The position numbers and the translations under genes are program-made. From contig NZ_CP046534.1 of NCBI RefSeq assembly GCF_009827135.1, positions 390,001 through 422,000 of the forward strand: a DNA stretch of 32,000 nucleotides, in the 5' to 3' direction. Below the pieces are notes generated by a model, which worked only from the letters and a program-made list of their open reading frames with translations, did not search any database and had not been told where the DNA came from. This DNA comes from Blochmannia endosymbiont of Camponotus nipponensis. GTDB lineage: Bacteria; Pseudomonadota; Gammaproteobacteria; Enterobacterales; Enterobacteriaceae. Position 1 is the first letter of the stretch; the number at the start of each line of letters is the position of its first letter. Below are positions 13,172 through 27,054 of this stretch, in pieces.

Positions 13172-14713
13172 CTACCAAGATTGGTTTAATTTAAAATTTT
13201 CAATAATACTTTTAAATTTATTTTCAATATTAATATCATATACACAACCATGATCAATACTTTTAATTAGTTCCTTTTCTGTATAAATCATATATAATAC
13301 TAATGCGGATTCGAAGTGGCTTATCTTTGCAATCTCAATATCTTCTAAATAACCATATACTGCTGCAAACAGAACGATAGACTGACTTGCAATGGACATA
13401 GGCTCATATTGTTTCTGCTTTAGTAACTCGGTCACCTTTTGACCATGTTTCAATTGTTTTTGTGTAATCTCATCTAATTCTGAAGCAAATTGAGAAAAAG
13501 CAGCTAATTCACGATATTGAGCTAAAGCAGTGCGAATTCCACCAGACAACACCTTCATAATATTAGTTTGAGCAGCTCCTCCAACTCTTGATACTGAAAT
13601 TCCTGGATTTACCGCAGGACGAATTCCTGAATTAAATAAATGAGATTCTAAAAAAATCTGACCATCAGTAATAGAAATAACATTAGTTGGAATAAATGAA
13701 GAAACATCCCCTGCTTGAGTTTCAATAATAGGTATCGCAGTCAAAGAACCGGTTTTTCCCATTACTTTCCCACAAGTACGTCTCTCAACATAATCAGAAC
13801 TAACTTTAGAAGATCTTTCTAATAAACGAGAATGTAAATAAAATATATCTCCTGGATATGCTTCTCGTCCAGGAGGACGTCGTAATAATAAAGAAATTTG
13901 ACGATAAGCTATAGCTTGTTTAGAAAGATCATCATACACAATTAAAGCATCTTCTCCAAGATCTCTAAAATATTCACCCATAGCACATCCAGCATAAGGC
14001 GCTAAATACTGCAATACAGCGGATTCAGAAGCAGATGCAAGAACTATAATAGTATTAGATAATGCATTATGTTCTTCTAATTTTTTTACAACATTAGCTA
14101 CAGTTGTTGCTTTTTGACCAATAGCAACATAAATACACTTAACTCCACTATAACGTTGATTAATAATAGTATCAATCGCTAATGCAGATTTTCCAGTTTG
14201 CCTATCTCCTATAATTAGTTCACGTTGACCACGGCCAATAGGTATCATAGAATCAACACATTTATATCCGGTTTGAATCGGTTCATCTATCGATTTCCGA
14301 TCAATTACACTAGGCGCAATAGCCTCCACTGGAAGATAACAAGAACATTGTAGTGCTCCTTTATTATCCACAGGAACACCTAATGTATTCACTACTCTTC
14401 CTAGCAATCCCGTTCCAACAGGAACTTGCAATATATTTCCTGTACATTTTACTACCATTCCCTCGGATAAATGTAAATATGAACCCATAACCACAGCACC
14501 GACAGAATCACGTTCTAAATTTAATGCTATAGCAAATTGATCCGAGGGCAAAGCAATCATTTCACCTTGCATTACATTTGTCAAACCATGTATATGGATC
14601 ACCCCATCGCTTACAGTAGTAATGGTACCTTCGTTGCGAGTCTCACACGTTATATCAAATTGAGCAATACGTCGCTTAATTAAATTGCTAATTTCATTTG
14701 AATTTAATTGCAT
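13172..14713 (-). CDS. atpA: F1 ATP synthase alpha subunit
   Basis: The track ORF 13172..14725 begins at a GTG. The ATG at 14713 gives [19 protein letters not shown], matching the E. coli AtpA N-terminus MQLNSTEISELIKQRIAQF (513 aa in both). Walker [10 protein letters not shown] is present and conservation is high throughout. Confidence 0.97.
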   Translation of the reverse strand: MQLNSNEISNLIKRRIAQFDITCETRNEGTITTVSDGVIHIHGLTNVMQGEMIALPSDQFAIALNLERDSVGAVVMGSYLHLSEGMVVKCTGNILQVPVGTGLLGRVVNTLGVPVDNKGALQCSCYLPVEAIAPSVIDRKSIDEPIQTGYKCVDSMIPIGRGQRELIIGDRQTGKSALAIDTIINQRYSGVKCIYVAIGQKATTVANVVKKLEEHNALSNTIIVLASASESAVLQYLAPYAGCAMGEYFRDLGEDALIVYDDLSKQAIAYRQISLLLRRPPGREAYPGDIFYLHSRLLERSSKVSSDYVERRTCGKVMGKTGSLTAIPIIETQAGDVSSFIPTNVISITDGQIFLESHLFNSGIRPAVNPGISVSRVGGAAQTNIMKVLSGGIRTALAQYRELAAFSQFASELDEITQKQLKHGQKVTELLKQKQYEPMSIASQSIVLFAAVYGYLEDIEIAKISHFESALVLYMIYTEKELIKSIDHGCVYDINIENKFKSIIENFKLNQSW

Positions 14714-14749
14714 AATATTATTCACTTACACCTATTATTTCAACACACA

Positions 14750-15295
14750 TTAAGACTGTAGTATGCGATTTAAGCGCAAAATACGTCCACGCATACTTCC
14801 ATCAATCACAATATCATCAATACGAATCACTATTCCAGCCAGTATATCTTTATTTATTTTAGATACTAAATTCACCTTTTTAGATAAACGCTTGGTCATC
14901 ATAGTAGTAATTTTGTTTAATTGTTTAGAACATAAAGGCCAAGCGGATACAACCTCTATTTCTACGGTACGCATATACATAGTATGTATATGCGTAAATT
15001 CTTTAAAAACAATTGGTAACAACCATAAACGATTATTTTCTGCCATGATATAAATTATATTTTTACTACAAATATCGATTGATTTTTGTTGATAATCTTC
15101 ACAAATAGCAATAAATATATCTGACAATCTTTTTGACTCTAAACATCTGAAAAATAAAGAGTGTACTAAATCATTTTTACTTATCTTAGAAAATAAATTA
15201 AGAACTAACTCCCACTCGCTTATATTTCTTTGTTCTACCGCTATATCAAATATAGCTTGAGCATATATACGAGCAACTACAAATACACTAGACAT
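14750..15295 (-). CDS. atpH: F1 ATP synthase delta subunit
   Basis: 181 aa. VAR.YA.A.FD.AVE at the N-terminus and ..AG..IR..D.VIDGS.RGR..RL...LQS at the C-terminus match E. coli AtpH. Its ATG directly abuts the atpF stop (TAAATG). Confidence 0.93.
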   Translation of the reverse strand: MSSVFVVARIYAQAIFDIAVEQRNISEWELVLNLFSKISKNDLVHSLFFRCLESKRLSDIFIAICEDYQQKSIDICSKNIIYIMAENNRLWLLPIVFKEFTHIHTMYMRTVEIEVVSAWPLCSKQLNKITTMMTKRLSKKVNLVSKINKDILAGIVIRIDDIVIDGSMRGRILRLNRILQS

Positions 15296-15778
15296 TTAGT
15301 CCTCATACGACAACGTATTAATAATATTATCTACGAGATCTATATCAATTGTTTCGTTTATAGAATGCTCTATAATTTTCTCTGCACCCTCAATTACAAG
15401 TTTGCTCATTTGTTTTCTTAAATCATCAGCGACACGTTTTCTTTCATGAACAATCTGTTCTAATGCTTGAGATAAAATTCTATTTTGTTCCTTTTCTGCT
15501 TCATGTTTAGCATCATCAATTATTTTTACTTTATATTGATTAGCTTGTTTTATAATTTCCTGGGCTTTAAGTCTAGCTTGCGTCAAACAAAGTAAAGATT
15601 CAGCGCTAGCACGTTCAGATTCTATTTTAGCACGAGCAGCCGAAGCCAAATCGTCAGAGATCTCTTTCTGACGTTTCTCAATAGTAGACATAAACGGATA
15701 CCATACATATTTCATACAAAACCAAACAAACAAAGCAAACGAAATAGCTTGCCCCAATATCGTTGCATTAAGATTCAC
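15296..15778 (-). CDS. atpF: F0 ATP synthase subunit b
   Basis: 160 aa. MNLNATILGQAISFALFVWFCMKYVW.P....IEKRQKEI.D.LASA matches E. coli AtpF. The start codon read from the sequence is GTG (15778..15776), as in E. coli atpF. AGGA lies about 10 nt upstream. Confidence 0.94.
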   Translation of the reverse strand: MNLNATILGQAISFALFVWFCMKYVWYPFMSTIEKRQKEISDDLASAARAKIESERASAESLLCLTQARLKAQEIIKQANQYKVKIIDDAKHEAEKEQNRILSQALEQIVHERKRVADDLRKQMSKLVIEGAEKIIEHSINETIDIDLVDNIINTLSYED

Positions 15779-15837
15779 AGCAAAAATCCTGATATTTAAT
15801 AATCAATAACTAACACAATGTATCCAATGATTAATCG

Positions 15838-16086
<249 letters not shown>

Positions 16087-16125
16087 CTACCTACAATCCT
16101 CTGTGTTGCAATTACAGTACTTTGA

Positions 16126-16962
<837 letters not shown>

Positions 16963-17521
16963 TCATGTATCGTATAATAACATTAAAACAAATTACACTA
17001 TGCACAAATTTACAGAAACATCCTCTATTCTGAAACAATAAAAAACGATTTAATTAAAGTCTTCATAAAAGAAATATCACATGTTCTTTATGTTAGTTAT
17101 AGCATAACGAACACTGACATATTTAATGTATTCCACATATCATCAATTAAAATCAACTACAAATAACAATCTAAATTAACAAAAGTCACACAATTACCCC
17201 ATATACTTATAAGATACAAATATACACCTAATATACACATTACATTTTAAAAGAATTATTTTTTTTCAACTAGTATTCATTAATAGCACATACACGTACT
17301 GCATATTGATAAATTACAAACTCTTATATAAAATAAAATACAGCTCAACAATAATCTCAATATTTTAAAAATTAAATATATTTAAATCAAATAAAATACA
17401 ACCATATACATATAAACCAATTTAAAACTCATGTCCATTCAATAACATAACAACATACTAACACCCATAGTATAGACAATTCATACTTCATATTAATACA
17501 ATCAACCCATCTGCAATGTAA

Positions 17522-19420
17522 CTAACACATACTATAACTTAATAAACCTTGTTTCTTTAACCAAACTAGTAAATTAGAAATAGCTGCAGGAGTAACACCA
17601 GAAATTCTAGAAGCCTGTCCAATAGAATAAGGTTTACAATTGTTAAGCTTATATATTACTTCTTGAGACAACCCGGAAATAATATTAAAATCTATATCAA
17701 TCGGCAACAATATATTCTCATTACAAATAGATTTCTCTATTTCTTCTTGTTGACGACGAATATACCCTTCATATTTTATTTGAATTTCAATTTGCTCAAA
17801 TACTTGACTATCCAATATAAACGGGCCAAAAGTACCTACTTGAGATAACTTTGTATAATTAATTTCCGGTCTTCTTAATAATTCTTCACCATTTACTTCA
17901 TGTACTAAAGGATTTTTAAGAAAACTGTTCAATTGCGCTATATCTGCACTATCCGGAAAAATATAAGTATTACGTAATCTTTGTCGTTCTTTCTCAATAC
18001 TTTCTCTCTTAAAGCAAAAATTTTTCCATCGCGTCTCATTTATTAAACCCAATTGCCTTGCAATTGAAGTTAAACGTAAATCAGCATTATCCTCGCGTAA
18101 AGACAAACGGTATTCAGCGCGAGATGTAAACATACGGTAAGGTTCTTCAGTACCATGCGTACATAAATCATCCACAAGCACCCCTAAATATGCTTGATCT
18201 CTTCTAGGATACCATCCTGCCTTATTTTTAGAAAATCTAGCCGCATTAATTCCCGCTAACAATCCTTGAGCAGCTGCCTCCTCATAACCAGTAGTACCAT
18301 TAATTTGACCAGAAAAAAACAATCCAGAAACAAATTTACTCTCTAATGTTAATTTTAAGTCACGAGGATCAAAAAAATCATATTCAATAGCATACCCTGG
18401 TCTCATTATATGAACATTTTCTAATCCTCTAATAGATCGGACCATTTTTATTTGCACATAAAACGGCAGACTAGTAGAAATACCATTGAGATAGATCTCA
18501 GGTGTTGTCAAACCTTCAGGTTCTAAAAAAATCTGATGCGCATCACGATCTGAAAAACGTATTATTTTGTCTTCTATTGAAGGACAATAACGAGGTGGAA
18601 CTCCTTTTATTACTCCTAAATATGTAGGACTTTGATGTAAATTTGATCTAACTATATCATGTGTCTTTTCATTCGTATAAGTAATATAGCAAGGCACCTG
18701 TCTTGGATGCTGATTTACAGATCCAACAAAAGAAAACACAGGAACAGGATTATCACTGTATTGAGCAGATAAATGATTAAAGTTTATCCCTGTAGCATGA
18801 ACACGAGGAGAAGTACCTGTTTTTAAACGACTAACTCTTAAAGACAATTCCTGTAATCGTTCCGACAACAGTGTTGACGACACTGCATCTCCAGCACGAC
18901 CTCCACTAAAATTATTCATACCAATATGCATCTTACCATTAAGAAATGTTCCTGTCGTCAACACTACAGACGTAGCATGAAATTTCATTCCTATTTTTGG
19001 AGTAACAACACCAACAATCTCTTTCCCATCAATTATCAAATCTTCTACTGACGCCTGAATGATCAACAAAAACTTTTGATTTTCAAGTACATTACGCACC
19101 ACCTGACGATACAAAATTTTATCCGCCTGTGCACGCGTTGCTCTAACAGCCGCTCCTTTACTACGATTAAGTATTCTAAATTGGATTCCTGCTCGATCTA
19201 TAGCATTCGCCATTACTCCTCCCATCGCATCAACTTCTTTTACTAAATGTCCTTTACCCACTCCACCAACAGCTGGATTGCAAGACATTTGACCAAGAGT
19301 ATCAATATTATGAGTAATTAATAAAGTAGTACACTGCATCCTAGCAGCAGCCATTGCAGCCTCCGTTCCAGCATGGCCTCCTCCAACAACTATAACATCA
19401 AAACGAGTAGGATAGAGCAT
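17522..19420 (-). CDS. mnmG: tRNA uridine 5-carboxymethylaminomethyl modification enzyme MnmG (GidA)
   Basis: 632 aa. [141 protein letters not shown] match E. coli MnmG (629 aa). Confidence 0.98.
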   Translation of the reverse strand: MLYPTRFDVIVVGGGHAGTEAAMAAARMQCTTLLITHNIDTLGQMSCNPAVGGVGKGHLVKEVDAMGGVMANAIDRAGIQFRILNRSKGAAVRATRAQADKILYRQVVRNVLENQKFLLIIQASVEDLIIDGKEIVGVVTPKIGMKFHATSVVLTTGTFLNGKMHIGMNNFSGGRAGDAVSSTLLSERLQELSLRVSRLKTGTSPRVHATGINFNHLSAQYSDNPVPVFSFVGSVNQHPRQVPCYITYTNEKTHDIVRSNLHQSPTYLGVIKGVPPRYCPSIEDKIIRFSDRDAHQIFLEPEGLTTPEIYLNGISTSLPFYVQIKMVRSIRGLENVHIMRPGYAIEYDFFDPRDLKLTLESKFVSGLFFSGQINGTTGYEEAAAQGLLAGINAARFSKNKAGWYPRRDQAYLGVLVDDLCTHGTEEPYRMFTSRAEYRLSLREDNADLRLTSIARQLGLINETRWKNFCFKRESIEKERQRLRNTYIFPDSADIAQLNSFLKNPLVHEVNGEELLRRPEINYTKLSQVGTFGPFILDSQVFEQIEIQIKYEGYIRRQQEEIEKSICNENILLPIDIDFNIISGLSQEVIYKLNNCKPYSIGQASRISGVTPAAISNLLVWLKKQGLLSYSMC

Positions 19421-20147
<727 letters not shown>

Positions 20148-20187
20148 TTTTTCTTAATATCTTATGTTGGGTAGATATTAAGAAAAA
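20148..20187 (+). terminator. perfect 14-bp stem / 12-nt loop hairpin immediately 3' of tRNA-Ile (candidate processing or termination structure)
   Basis: TTTTTCTTAATATC (20148-20161), loop TTATGTTGGGTA (20162-20173), GATATTAAGAAAAA (20174-20187). The arms are exact reverse complements. There is no U tail after the stem, so this is not a canonical intrinsic terminator. Confidence 0.35.
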
Positions 20188-20508
20188 TCATAATAAGAAT
20201 TTTTAAAGTAATATGAATGAGTTGTAGGTTTGTAGTATCTTTTGTGTTGGTTGTATGAGTTTTAGGTATTATGTTTTAAGTTATATGTGTATTTATGTTT
20301 GGATATGGAAATTTAGGATTTTTTGTTTGTGATTTTTGATTTTTCTGTATTTTATTAGAGTATGTTTAGGGAATTTTGATTTTGTTGATTATTATTGTAA
20401 GTTCATGATGGGTTATGGGAATTTGTGATATATGTATAGTAAATTATTAATAGTTTAAAATTAATGATGTTCGATACATATATGTGTACATATCAAGGTT
20501 ATGGTACT

Positions 20509-21402
20509 ATGCCAGTTCGGGTATTAGACGAATTGCCTGCCGTGAAGCTTTTGCATAATGAAGATGTCTTCATTATGCAAAAGTCGCAGGATGCTTTTAA
20601 AGAACTCCGTTCTTTAAAAGTGTTGATTCTTAATTTAATGCCAAAAAAAATTGAGACAGAAAATCAATTTTTGCGTTTATTATCAAATTCTCCTTTACAC
20701 ATCGATATTCAATTATTACGTATAGATGATCGTGTTCCTAAAAATACTCCTGTTGAACATTTAAATAGTTTTTATTGTAATTTTGTAGATATTCAATATC
20801 AGAAATTTGATGGTTTGATTGTCACAGGAGCTCCTTTAGGATTAATTGATTTTTCAGATATAACTTTTTGGCCTCAAATTGAGCAGTTATTTTTATGGGC
20901 AAAAGAGCATGTCACTTCAATATTGTTTTTTTGCTGGGCAGTACAGGCGGCATTAAAAGTATTATATAACGTTCCTAAATTTATTCGTAAGAACAAATTG
21001 GTGGGAGTTTATCAACATAATATTATTAATTCTCGTATACTTTTAACAAAAGGATTTGATGAAATATTTTCGGTACCCCATTCTCGTTATTCAGATTTTC
21101 CTAAAGATTTAATTTATCAGAATACAGATTTAAAAATTTTAGCAGAATCTGATGAGGCAGGTGTATATTTACTTATTAGTCGAGATAAACGTTTAATATT
21201 TGTAACAGGGCATCCGGAATATGATGCTTTAACGTTGTCTCGAGAGTATCATAGAGATCTAGGATTGGGATTGAGTCCAACGTTGCCGGATCATTATTTT
21301 CCTCAAGATAATCCTGATTTAATCCCTAAGATAATTTGGAGAAGTCATGCGTATTTATTGTTTTCCAATTGGCTAAATTATTATGTACATCAAGTTCCAT
21401 AA
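20509..21402 (+). CDS. metA: homoserine O-succinyltransferase
   Basis: The track ORF starts at 20464. The ATG at 20509 gives [21 protein letters not shown], matching the E. coli MetA N-terminus [21 protein letters not shown]. Further matches: [44 protein letters not shown]...[47 protein letters not shown]. Confidence 0.95.
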   Translation: MPVRVLDELPAVKLLHNEDVFIMQKSQDAFKELRSLKVLILNLMPKKIETENQFLRLLSNSPLHIDIQLLRIDDRVPKNTPVEHLNSFYCNFVDIQYQKFDGLIVTGAPLGLIDFSDITFWPQIEQLFLWAKEHVTSILFFCWAVQAALKVLYNVPKFIRKNKLVGVYQHNIINSRILLTKGFDEIFSVPHSRYSDFPKDLIYQNTDLKILAESDEAGVYLLISRDKRLIFVTGHPEYDALTLSREYHRDLGLGLSPTLPDHYFPQDNPDLIPKIIWRSHAYLLFSNWLNYYVHQVP

Positions 21403-21887
21403 AATATTTAAGTTGTATTTAAATTGATAGAATGAATGATGTGATTGTTTTTGTTGATTGAAGGCAATTAATTTACAAAATTTAAATTTACAAATTATTA
21501 ATATTTTGACATATTTAATTTTTAAAATTGTGTGTTAATTATTTATTGTTATTTGTATATTAAATTAGATTAGTGTTTGTTATAGAAATGTGATTAATAA
21601 TGTATTTGGATATATGAGGTGTGCATTTATATAAATGTAAGAATGTTGAGTTGAATGTGTATACAAAAATTTGTATAGTGTTGGTATAAAAATAAATAGT
21701 TGTTTGTTATTTTTCATTATTTTTTATAAGTTTTTTATGATATATATATATATAGTGGGATATGATTATTTGGATCAGTGTATATTGCGTGATGTAGTAT
21801 TTTTGAATGAATTGTATGAATTAGTAAGTTTGTTTTAGGGTTTCATTGTTATTTATTGTTTTTATGATAGATTATAAGTAATGGATT

Positions 21888-23543
21888 ATGAAAAATATCA
21901 ATCCTAGTTGCACACAGGCTTGGCAACATCTTAAGAGACATTTTTATGATATAAAAGGCATATCAATTGTTGATTTGTTCAATAAAGATAAATATAGGTT
22001 TTCGTGTTTTTCTAAAATATTTAAAAATGAAATTTTAGTAGATTACTCAAAAAATTTAATCACACACGAAACTATTGTTAAACTGATATCTTTGGCTATG
22101 GAATGCGATCTTATAGGATCTATTTCGGATATGTTTCATGGTGAGAAAATTAATCGTAGTGAAAATCGCGCTGTATTACATATCGCTTTGAGAAACATAA
22201 AAAATACGCCTATTTTTGTAAATGGATTAGATGTAATGCCGCAAGTAAATGCAGTATTAGTAAAAATGAAATTATTTTGTAATCGTGTTATTCAAGGTGA
22301 TTGGAAGGGTTATACAGGTAAAATTATTACAGATATTGTTAATATAGGCATTGGGGGTTCTAATCTTGGTCCTTATATGGTAACTGAAGCATTGAAACCA
22401 TATCAAAATCACTTAAATATGTATTTTGTTTCTAATGTAGATGGAACTCACATTTTTGAAACACTGAAAAATTTAAATCCAGAGCATACATTATTTATAA
22501 TAGCTTCAAAAACTTTTACTACTCAAGAAACTATGACTAATGCATGTAGCGCACGTAGTTGGTTTTTGAAGGCTAGTTCTAATCAAAAACATATATCTAA
22601 GCATTTTATAGCATTGTCTACAAATGCTATAGAAGTATGTGCTTTTGGCATTGATCCATCAGTAAATATGTTTACACTTTGGGATTGGGTAGGTGGTCGT
22701 TATTCGTTATGGTCATCCATTGGCTTACCTATAATGTTATCGTTAGGGGTTAATAACTTTGAATTGTTATTGACTGGAGCTCATGATATGGACATACATT
22801 TTCATTATACACCTTTAGATGAAAATATACCAGTGATTTTGGCACTTATTGGTATTTGGTATAACAATTTTTTTCAAGCGGAAACTGAAGCAATTTTACC
22901 CTATGATCAATATATGCATCGTTTTACAGCATATTTACAACAGTTAAATATGGAATCTAATGGAAAATGCGTAGATCGTAATGGATGTCCTGTTATGTAT
23001 CAAACTGGTCCTATTATATGGGGAGAACCTGGTACTAATGGTCAACATTCGTTCTATCAGTTGCTTCATCAAGGAACCAAAATGGTTCCGTGTGATTTTA
23101 TAGCACCAGTAATAACTCACCATCCTATATCTGATCATCATGAAAAATTAATATCGAATTTTATCGCTCAAACTAAAGCGTTAGCTTTTGGAAATACATG
23201 TGAGCAATTAATACAGGAGTGTGAAAAATATAAAAAAAATTATATATGTGAACAAGATATGATGCCTTTTAAAGTATGTAAAGGAAATAATCCTAGTAAT
23301 TCTATTTTAGTTAGAAAAATTACTCCATATACTTTGGGAGCTTTAATTGCTTTATATGAACATAAAATATTTACGCAAGGCGTTATTTTTAATATTTATA
23401 CCTTTGATCAGTGGGGTGTCGAATTAGGGAAACAATTGGCTGATGGTATTTTAGGGGAATTAAGATGTAAAAGTATTATTTCTAAACATCATGATAGTTC
23501 AACATATGGGTTAATTAATTGTTATAAAACTTGGTGTAGTTAA
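21888..23543 (+). CDS. pgi: glucose-6-phosphate isomerase
   Basis: 551 aa. [169 protein letters not shown] match E. coli Pgi (549 aa). Confidence 0.98.
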   Translation: MKNINPSCTQAWQHLKRHFYDIKGISIVDLFNKDKYRFSCFSKIFKNEILVDYSKNLITHETIVKLISLAMECDLIGSISDMFHGEKINRSENRAVLHIALRNIKNTPIFVNGLDVMPQVNAVLVKMKLFCNRVIQGDWKGYTGKIITDIVNIGIGGSNLGPYMVTEALKPYQNHLNMYFVSNVDGTHIFETLKNLNPEHTLFIIASKTFTTQETMTNACSARSWFLKASSNQKHISKHFIALSTNAIEVCAFGIDPSVNMFTLWDWVGGRYSLWSSIGLPIMLSLGVNNFELLLTGAHDMDIHFHYTPLDENIPVILALIGIWYNNFFQAETEAILPYDQYMHRFTAYLQQLNMESNGKCVDRNGCPVMYQTGPIIWGEPGTNGQHSFYQLLHQGTKMVPCDFIAPVITHHPISDHHEKLISNFIAQTKALAFGNTCEQLIQECEKYKKNYICEQDMMPFKVCKGNNPSNSILVRKITPYTLGALIALYEHKIFTQGVIFNIYTFDQWGVELGKQLADGILGELRCKSIISKHHDSSTYGLINCYKTWCS

Positions 23544-23619
23544 TATTATTTTTTGTAAAAAATAATGTTTAATTGTGGTAGATATTTTGAATAATTTATA
23601 TTAATTATATTTTTTTATT

Positions 23620-24195
23620 TTATGAATATTTTTGTTGTTTTCTTAGAAAAAGATAATATGTGACATTTCGAGTATTTTTTTTGTGATATAAGAACCAATG
23701 ATTAGGAATTATATTAATATTAAAAATATTCTTTTTTTTAGAAGTTTCTATATAAATCCATGATTCTTTTTTACATAAATTGTATTTTTCTAGTAAAAAA
23801 ATAGTTTTGGATATAATATTATCTTGAAAAGGAGGGTCAATAAAAATTATATTATAAGTCATAATTGATCGCTTTAACCAGAAAAGACAATTAGTATGTA
23901 TTATTTCACTGTTATGAGCCGAAAAGGAGCGTGCGGTTATTTTTAATGCTGTGATACAAATACGATTATTATCTAAAAAAGTTACTTTACTAGCTCCTCT
24001 AGATAAAGCTTCTAATCCTAATGCTCCACTTCCAGCAAAGCAATCTAAACATATTGTGTTAGAAATTATGGGATTAAGCCAATTGAATAGTGTTTCACGC
24101 ATACGATTAGTAGTTGGACGTATTTTGGCATATTGAGTAATTGGTATATTGCGTCCTTTCCATTTACCCCCAATGATCTTAATTTTTCTGTTCAA
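23620..24195 (-). CDS. rsmD: 16S rRNA (guanine966-N2)-methyltransferase RsmD (YhhF)
   Basis: 191 aa. IKIIGGKWKGR..P.......RPTT.R.RETLFNWL.P.I....CLDCFAGSGALGLEALSR.A......IDPPF matches E. coli RsmD. It is divergent from ftsY as in E. coli. The start codon read from the sequence is TTG (24195..24193) and there is no in-frame ATG nearby, so the exact start is uncertain. Confidence 0.88.
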   Translation of the reverse strand: MNRKIKIIGGKWKGRNIPITQYAKIRPTTNRMRETLFNWLNPIISNTICLDCFAGSGALGLEALSRGASKVTFLDNNRICITALKITARSFSAHNSEIIHTNCLFWLKRSIMTYNIIFIDPPFQDNIISKTIFLLEKYNLCKKESWIYIETSKKKNIFNINIIPNHWFLYHKKNTRNVTYYLFLRKQQKYS

Positions 24196-24654
24196 TCTAT
24201 CTACTCAGTAAAGTTTATTTTTATATATATATGTTATATTTATAAATTGTGATGTGGTAGTTTATAAGAGATTTCTATTTTCTAATGTAGAAGGATTGCT
24301 ATTATTCAACAATGATATTAACTATCTTTATTTTATATAATCTGGTTTACTTATAAATTGCATTATGTGATGGTTGAAACATGTAGAGAATTTTAATTAC
24401 ATCAGTAACTGCAGTTTATAATTAGTTAGAATTTTATATATCTACAACTTATTTATTTGTTATACTCTTGATTGATTGTATTTGTGCTGTAGGATTGGTG
24501 CAATATATCAGATATTTTTTATTTTTGTAGAGGATACTACAAATTTGAAATACTTATAAAAGCTGATTGATAAAGTGTCGTATAAGGAATATGAAAAAAT
24601 AAGTAAAAGAAATAAAATTTCTATATATCAATAGTAATTATGAGGTAAGTATAC

Positions 24655-25581
24655 ATGAATTGTTCATATAGTTTGTTTAGTAGATTAAAACAGAGTTTGT
24701 CGTATACTCGAAAAAAATTGGGTAGTACCATAATGGAGTTAGTTCGTAATAAAAAAATTGATACTACTATATTGGACAAAATTGAAAGTCAATTGTTAAC
24801 TGCAGATATAAGTATACAAACTACTCAGAAAATTATTAATAATTTGAGAAATTATGTTAGTCTTAATGTTAATTGTAATGAAAAATATTTTTATAATGCA
24901 TTACGTGATGAAGTATTAAAAATAGTTGAACTTATAGATAAGCCATTGATTTTACAAAAAAAACATCCCTTTATTATTCTGATGGTAGGAGTTAATGGTG
25001 TTGGAAAAACTACTACTGCTGGAAAATTAGCACATCATTACCGATCAGAAAATAAAACTGTAATGTTAGCAGCAGGAGATACATGTAGGGTAGCTGCTGC
25101 AGATCAACTAGAAATTTTGGGTAAACGTAGTGGTTGTGCAGTAGTAATTGCAGAGCATGCTAACTCTGATCCTGCTTCAATAATTTTTGATGCTGTTAAA
25201 GTAGCTAAAATAAGATCTGTTGATATACTTATCATAGACACTGCGGGGAGATTGCAAAATAAAATATATGCGATGGAAGAATTAAAAAAAATTATTAGAG
25301 TAATGAAAAAAATTGATGTGGAAGCACCTCATGAAATTATGTTAGTTCTTGATGCTAATATTGGACAAAATTCTGTCGATCAAGTGCGTATGTTTAATGA
25401 GGCAATTAGAATTACAGGAATAATTATGACTAAATTAGATGGTAGCGCTAAAGGGGGTGTTCTTTTATCTATTGCTGATCATTTTTTGATTCCAATACGA
25501 TATATTGGAATAGGACAAAATATAGAGGATTTGCAGCCATTTAAATCCCATGATTTTGTTGAAGCTATTTTTAAGAAATAA
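24655..25581 (+). CDS. ftsY: signal recognition particle receptor FtsY, NG domain only
   Basis: 308 aa with GAGGT 9 nt upstream of the ATG. It aligns to the C-terminal ~300 residues of E. coli FtsY (497 aa), from ..LFSRLKQSL.. (E. coli FFARLKRSL). Further matches: PF.ILMVGVNGVGKTTT.GKLA, MLAAGDT.R.AA..QL, DTAGRLQNK..LMEELKKI.RVMKK.DVEAPHE.ML..DA..GQN, TKLDG.AKGGV..S.AD.F.IPIRYIG.G..IEDL.PFK..DF.EA.F. Confidence 0.95.
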   Translation: MNCSYSLFSRLKQSLSYTRKKLGSTIMELVRNKKIDTTILDKIESQLLTADISIQTTQKIINNLRNYVSLNVNCNEKYFYNALRDEVLKIVELIDKPLILQKKHPFIILMVGVNGVGKTTTAGKLAHHYRSENKTVMLAAGDTCRVAAADQLEILGKRSGCAVVIAEHANSDPASIIFDAVKVAKIRSVDILIIDTAGRLQNKIYAMEELKKIIRVMKKIDVEAPHEIMLVLDANIGQNSVDQVRMFNEAIRITGIIMTKLDGSAKGGVLLSIADHFLIPIRYIGIGQNIEDLQPFKSHDFVEAIFKK

Positions 25582-26205
25582 AAATTAATGGTAAAAATAT
25601 AGATGTCTCTGTGTATATAATTATTTATTTATATATAGGGTTGTTGACGTGAATAATGATAAAAATATTTTGTAAATAATTATTGTAGAAAATGGTACTA
25701 TCATCTACGACATCATCAAGTGTTTTTATTATATGGTGATATAAATGCAATAATAAAAACATTACTTTTTTTAAAGTGAACAGTCATAAAAGTTGCAATA
25801 GAAATTAAAAAAATTTTTAAATAATACGAATCGTCAATAAAATATTTAAATAAGAGATATTGACAATATCTTTGTGCGCAAAAGTCGTACGTTCTAGATA
25901 TAATTTACGCATTATCAATATTAATTTAAATCCTGATTTTTGCTAAAATTATTTATAAACCACCTGATCTTATTAAGAGTAATGACTTATTGCAATAAGT
26001 AATTTGATGGTGCTTTAACATAATTAAATTAACGATGAAATTAATGAGGATTGTGTTATAAAATATAGTGCTTAGTATTATGATCAATATGTTATTTTAT
26101 TGGTAGGATTTTTTATATATGGTTCTTTTTATGTGATTTCATATAGGTATATTGTCCTTTTAGGACGCATAATTATCTGTGTATATAATTATTTTGGGAG
26201 AATAG

Positions 26206-27054
26206 ATGCCTAAATATATGCAAACAAACGGAACGTTGGTTCCTCAAGGGAACTTGGAGTCTTATATAAAAGCAGCTAATGCTTATGCTATGTTAACAAC
26301 GGAAGAAGAAAGGGCATTAGCTGAACAATTATATTATCATGGAGATTTAGAAGCTGCAAAAAAGCTCATTGTATCACATCTAAGGTTTGTTATTCATGTT
26401 TCTAGAAATTATTCTGGGTATGGATTATTACAAGCTGATTTAATACAAGAGGGTAATATTGGTTTGATGAAAGCTGTACGCCGATTTAATCCAGAATTAG
26501 ATGTTCGTTTAGTATCATTTGCTGTTCATTGGATTAAATCAGAAATTCATGAATATGTTCTAAAAAACTGGCGTATTGTAAAGATAGCTACTACTAAAGC
26601 ACAACGCAAACTGTTTTTTAATTTAAGAAAAACTAAACAACGTTTAGGTTGGTTTAATGCAGGAGAGATAGAAGTAGTTGCAAAAGCATTAAATGTGACT
26701 AGCAAAGATGTGCGTGAAATGGAATCTCGTATGGCAGCGCAAGATATGACTTTTGAACAATCTTCAGGTGAAGATAATCGGGGAATCTTAATGGCACCTA
26801 TGTTGTATTTACATGATAAATTTGTGACTTCTAATGAAGAAGATGAATGGCTTGATCAGATTAGCGATAAATTAAATACGGCTATAAATACTTTGGATAA
26901 ACGTAGTCAACACATTATTCGAGCACGATGGCTGGATGTAGAGAATAAAAGTACATTGCAAGAATTAGCCAATCAATATGGTGTGTCTGCTGAACGAGTA
27001 CGTCAATTAGAAAAAAATGCCATGAAGAAAATGAGGACAATTATACAAAATTGA
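26206..27054 (+). CDS. rpoH: RNA polymerase heat-shock sigma factor sigma-32
   Basis: 282 aa with GGGAG 5 nt upstream. GNL.SYI.AANA..ML...[55 protein letters not shown]...[47 protein letters not shown] (RpoH box) and ..[25 protein letters not shown] are nearly identical to E. coli RpoH. Confidence 0.98.
   Translation: MPKYMQTNGTLVPQGNLESYIKAANAYAMLTTEEERALAEQLYYHGDLEAAKKLIVSHLRFVIHVSRNYSGYGLLQADLIQEGNIGLMKAVRRFNPELDVRLVSFAVHWIKSEIHEYVLKNWRIVKIATTKAQRKLFFNLRKTKQRLGWFNAGEIEVVAKALNVTSKDVREMESRMAAQDMTFEQSSGEDNRGILMAPMLYLHDKFVTSNEEDEWLDQISDKLNTAINTLDKRSQHIIRARWLDVENKSTLQELANQYGVSAERVRQLEKNAMKKMRTIIQN

Noticed and set aside
23545-23566. ATTATTTTTT-GT-AAAAAATAAT inverted repeat between the convergent pgi and rsmD genes, considered as a bidirectional terminator.
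   Set aside because: The stem is entirely A:T and the loop is only 2 nt (an effective stem of about 8 bp). Predicted stability is very low, and such A-run/T-run pairs are frequent here.
25860-25904. Consensus TTGACA (25860-25865) and TATAAT (25899-25904) upstream of rpoH, considered as the rpoH promoter.
   Set aside because: The hexamers are 33 nt apart, incompatible with a sigma70 promoter, and no acceptable -10 lies 16-18 nt after the TTGACA.
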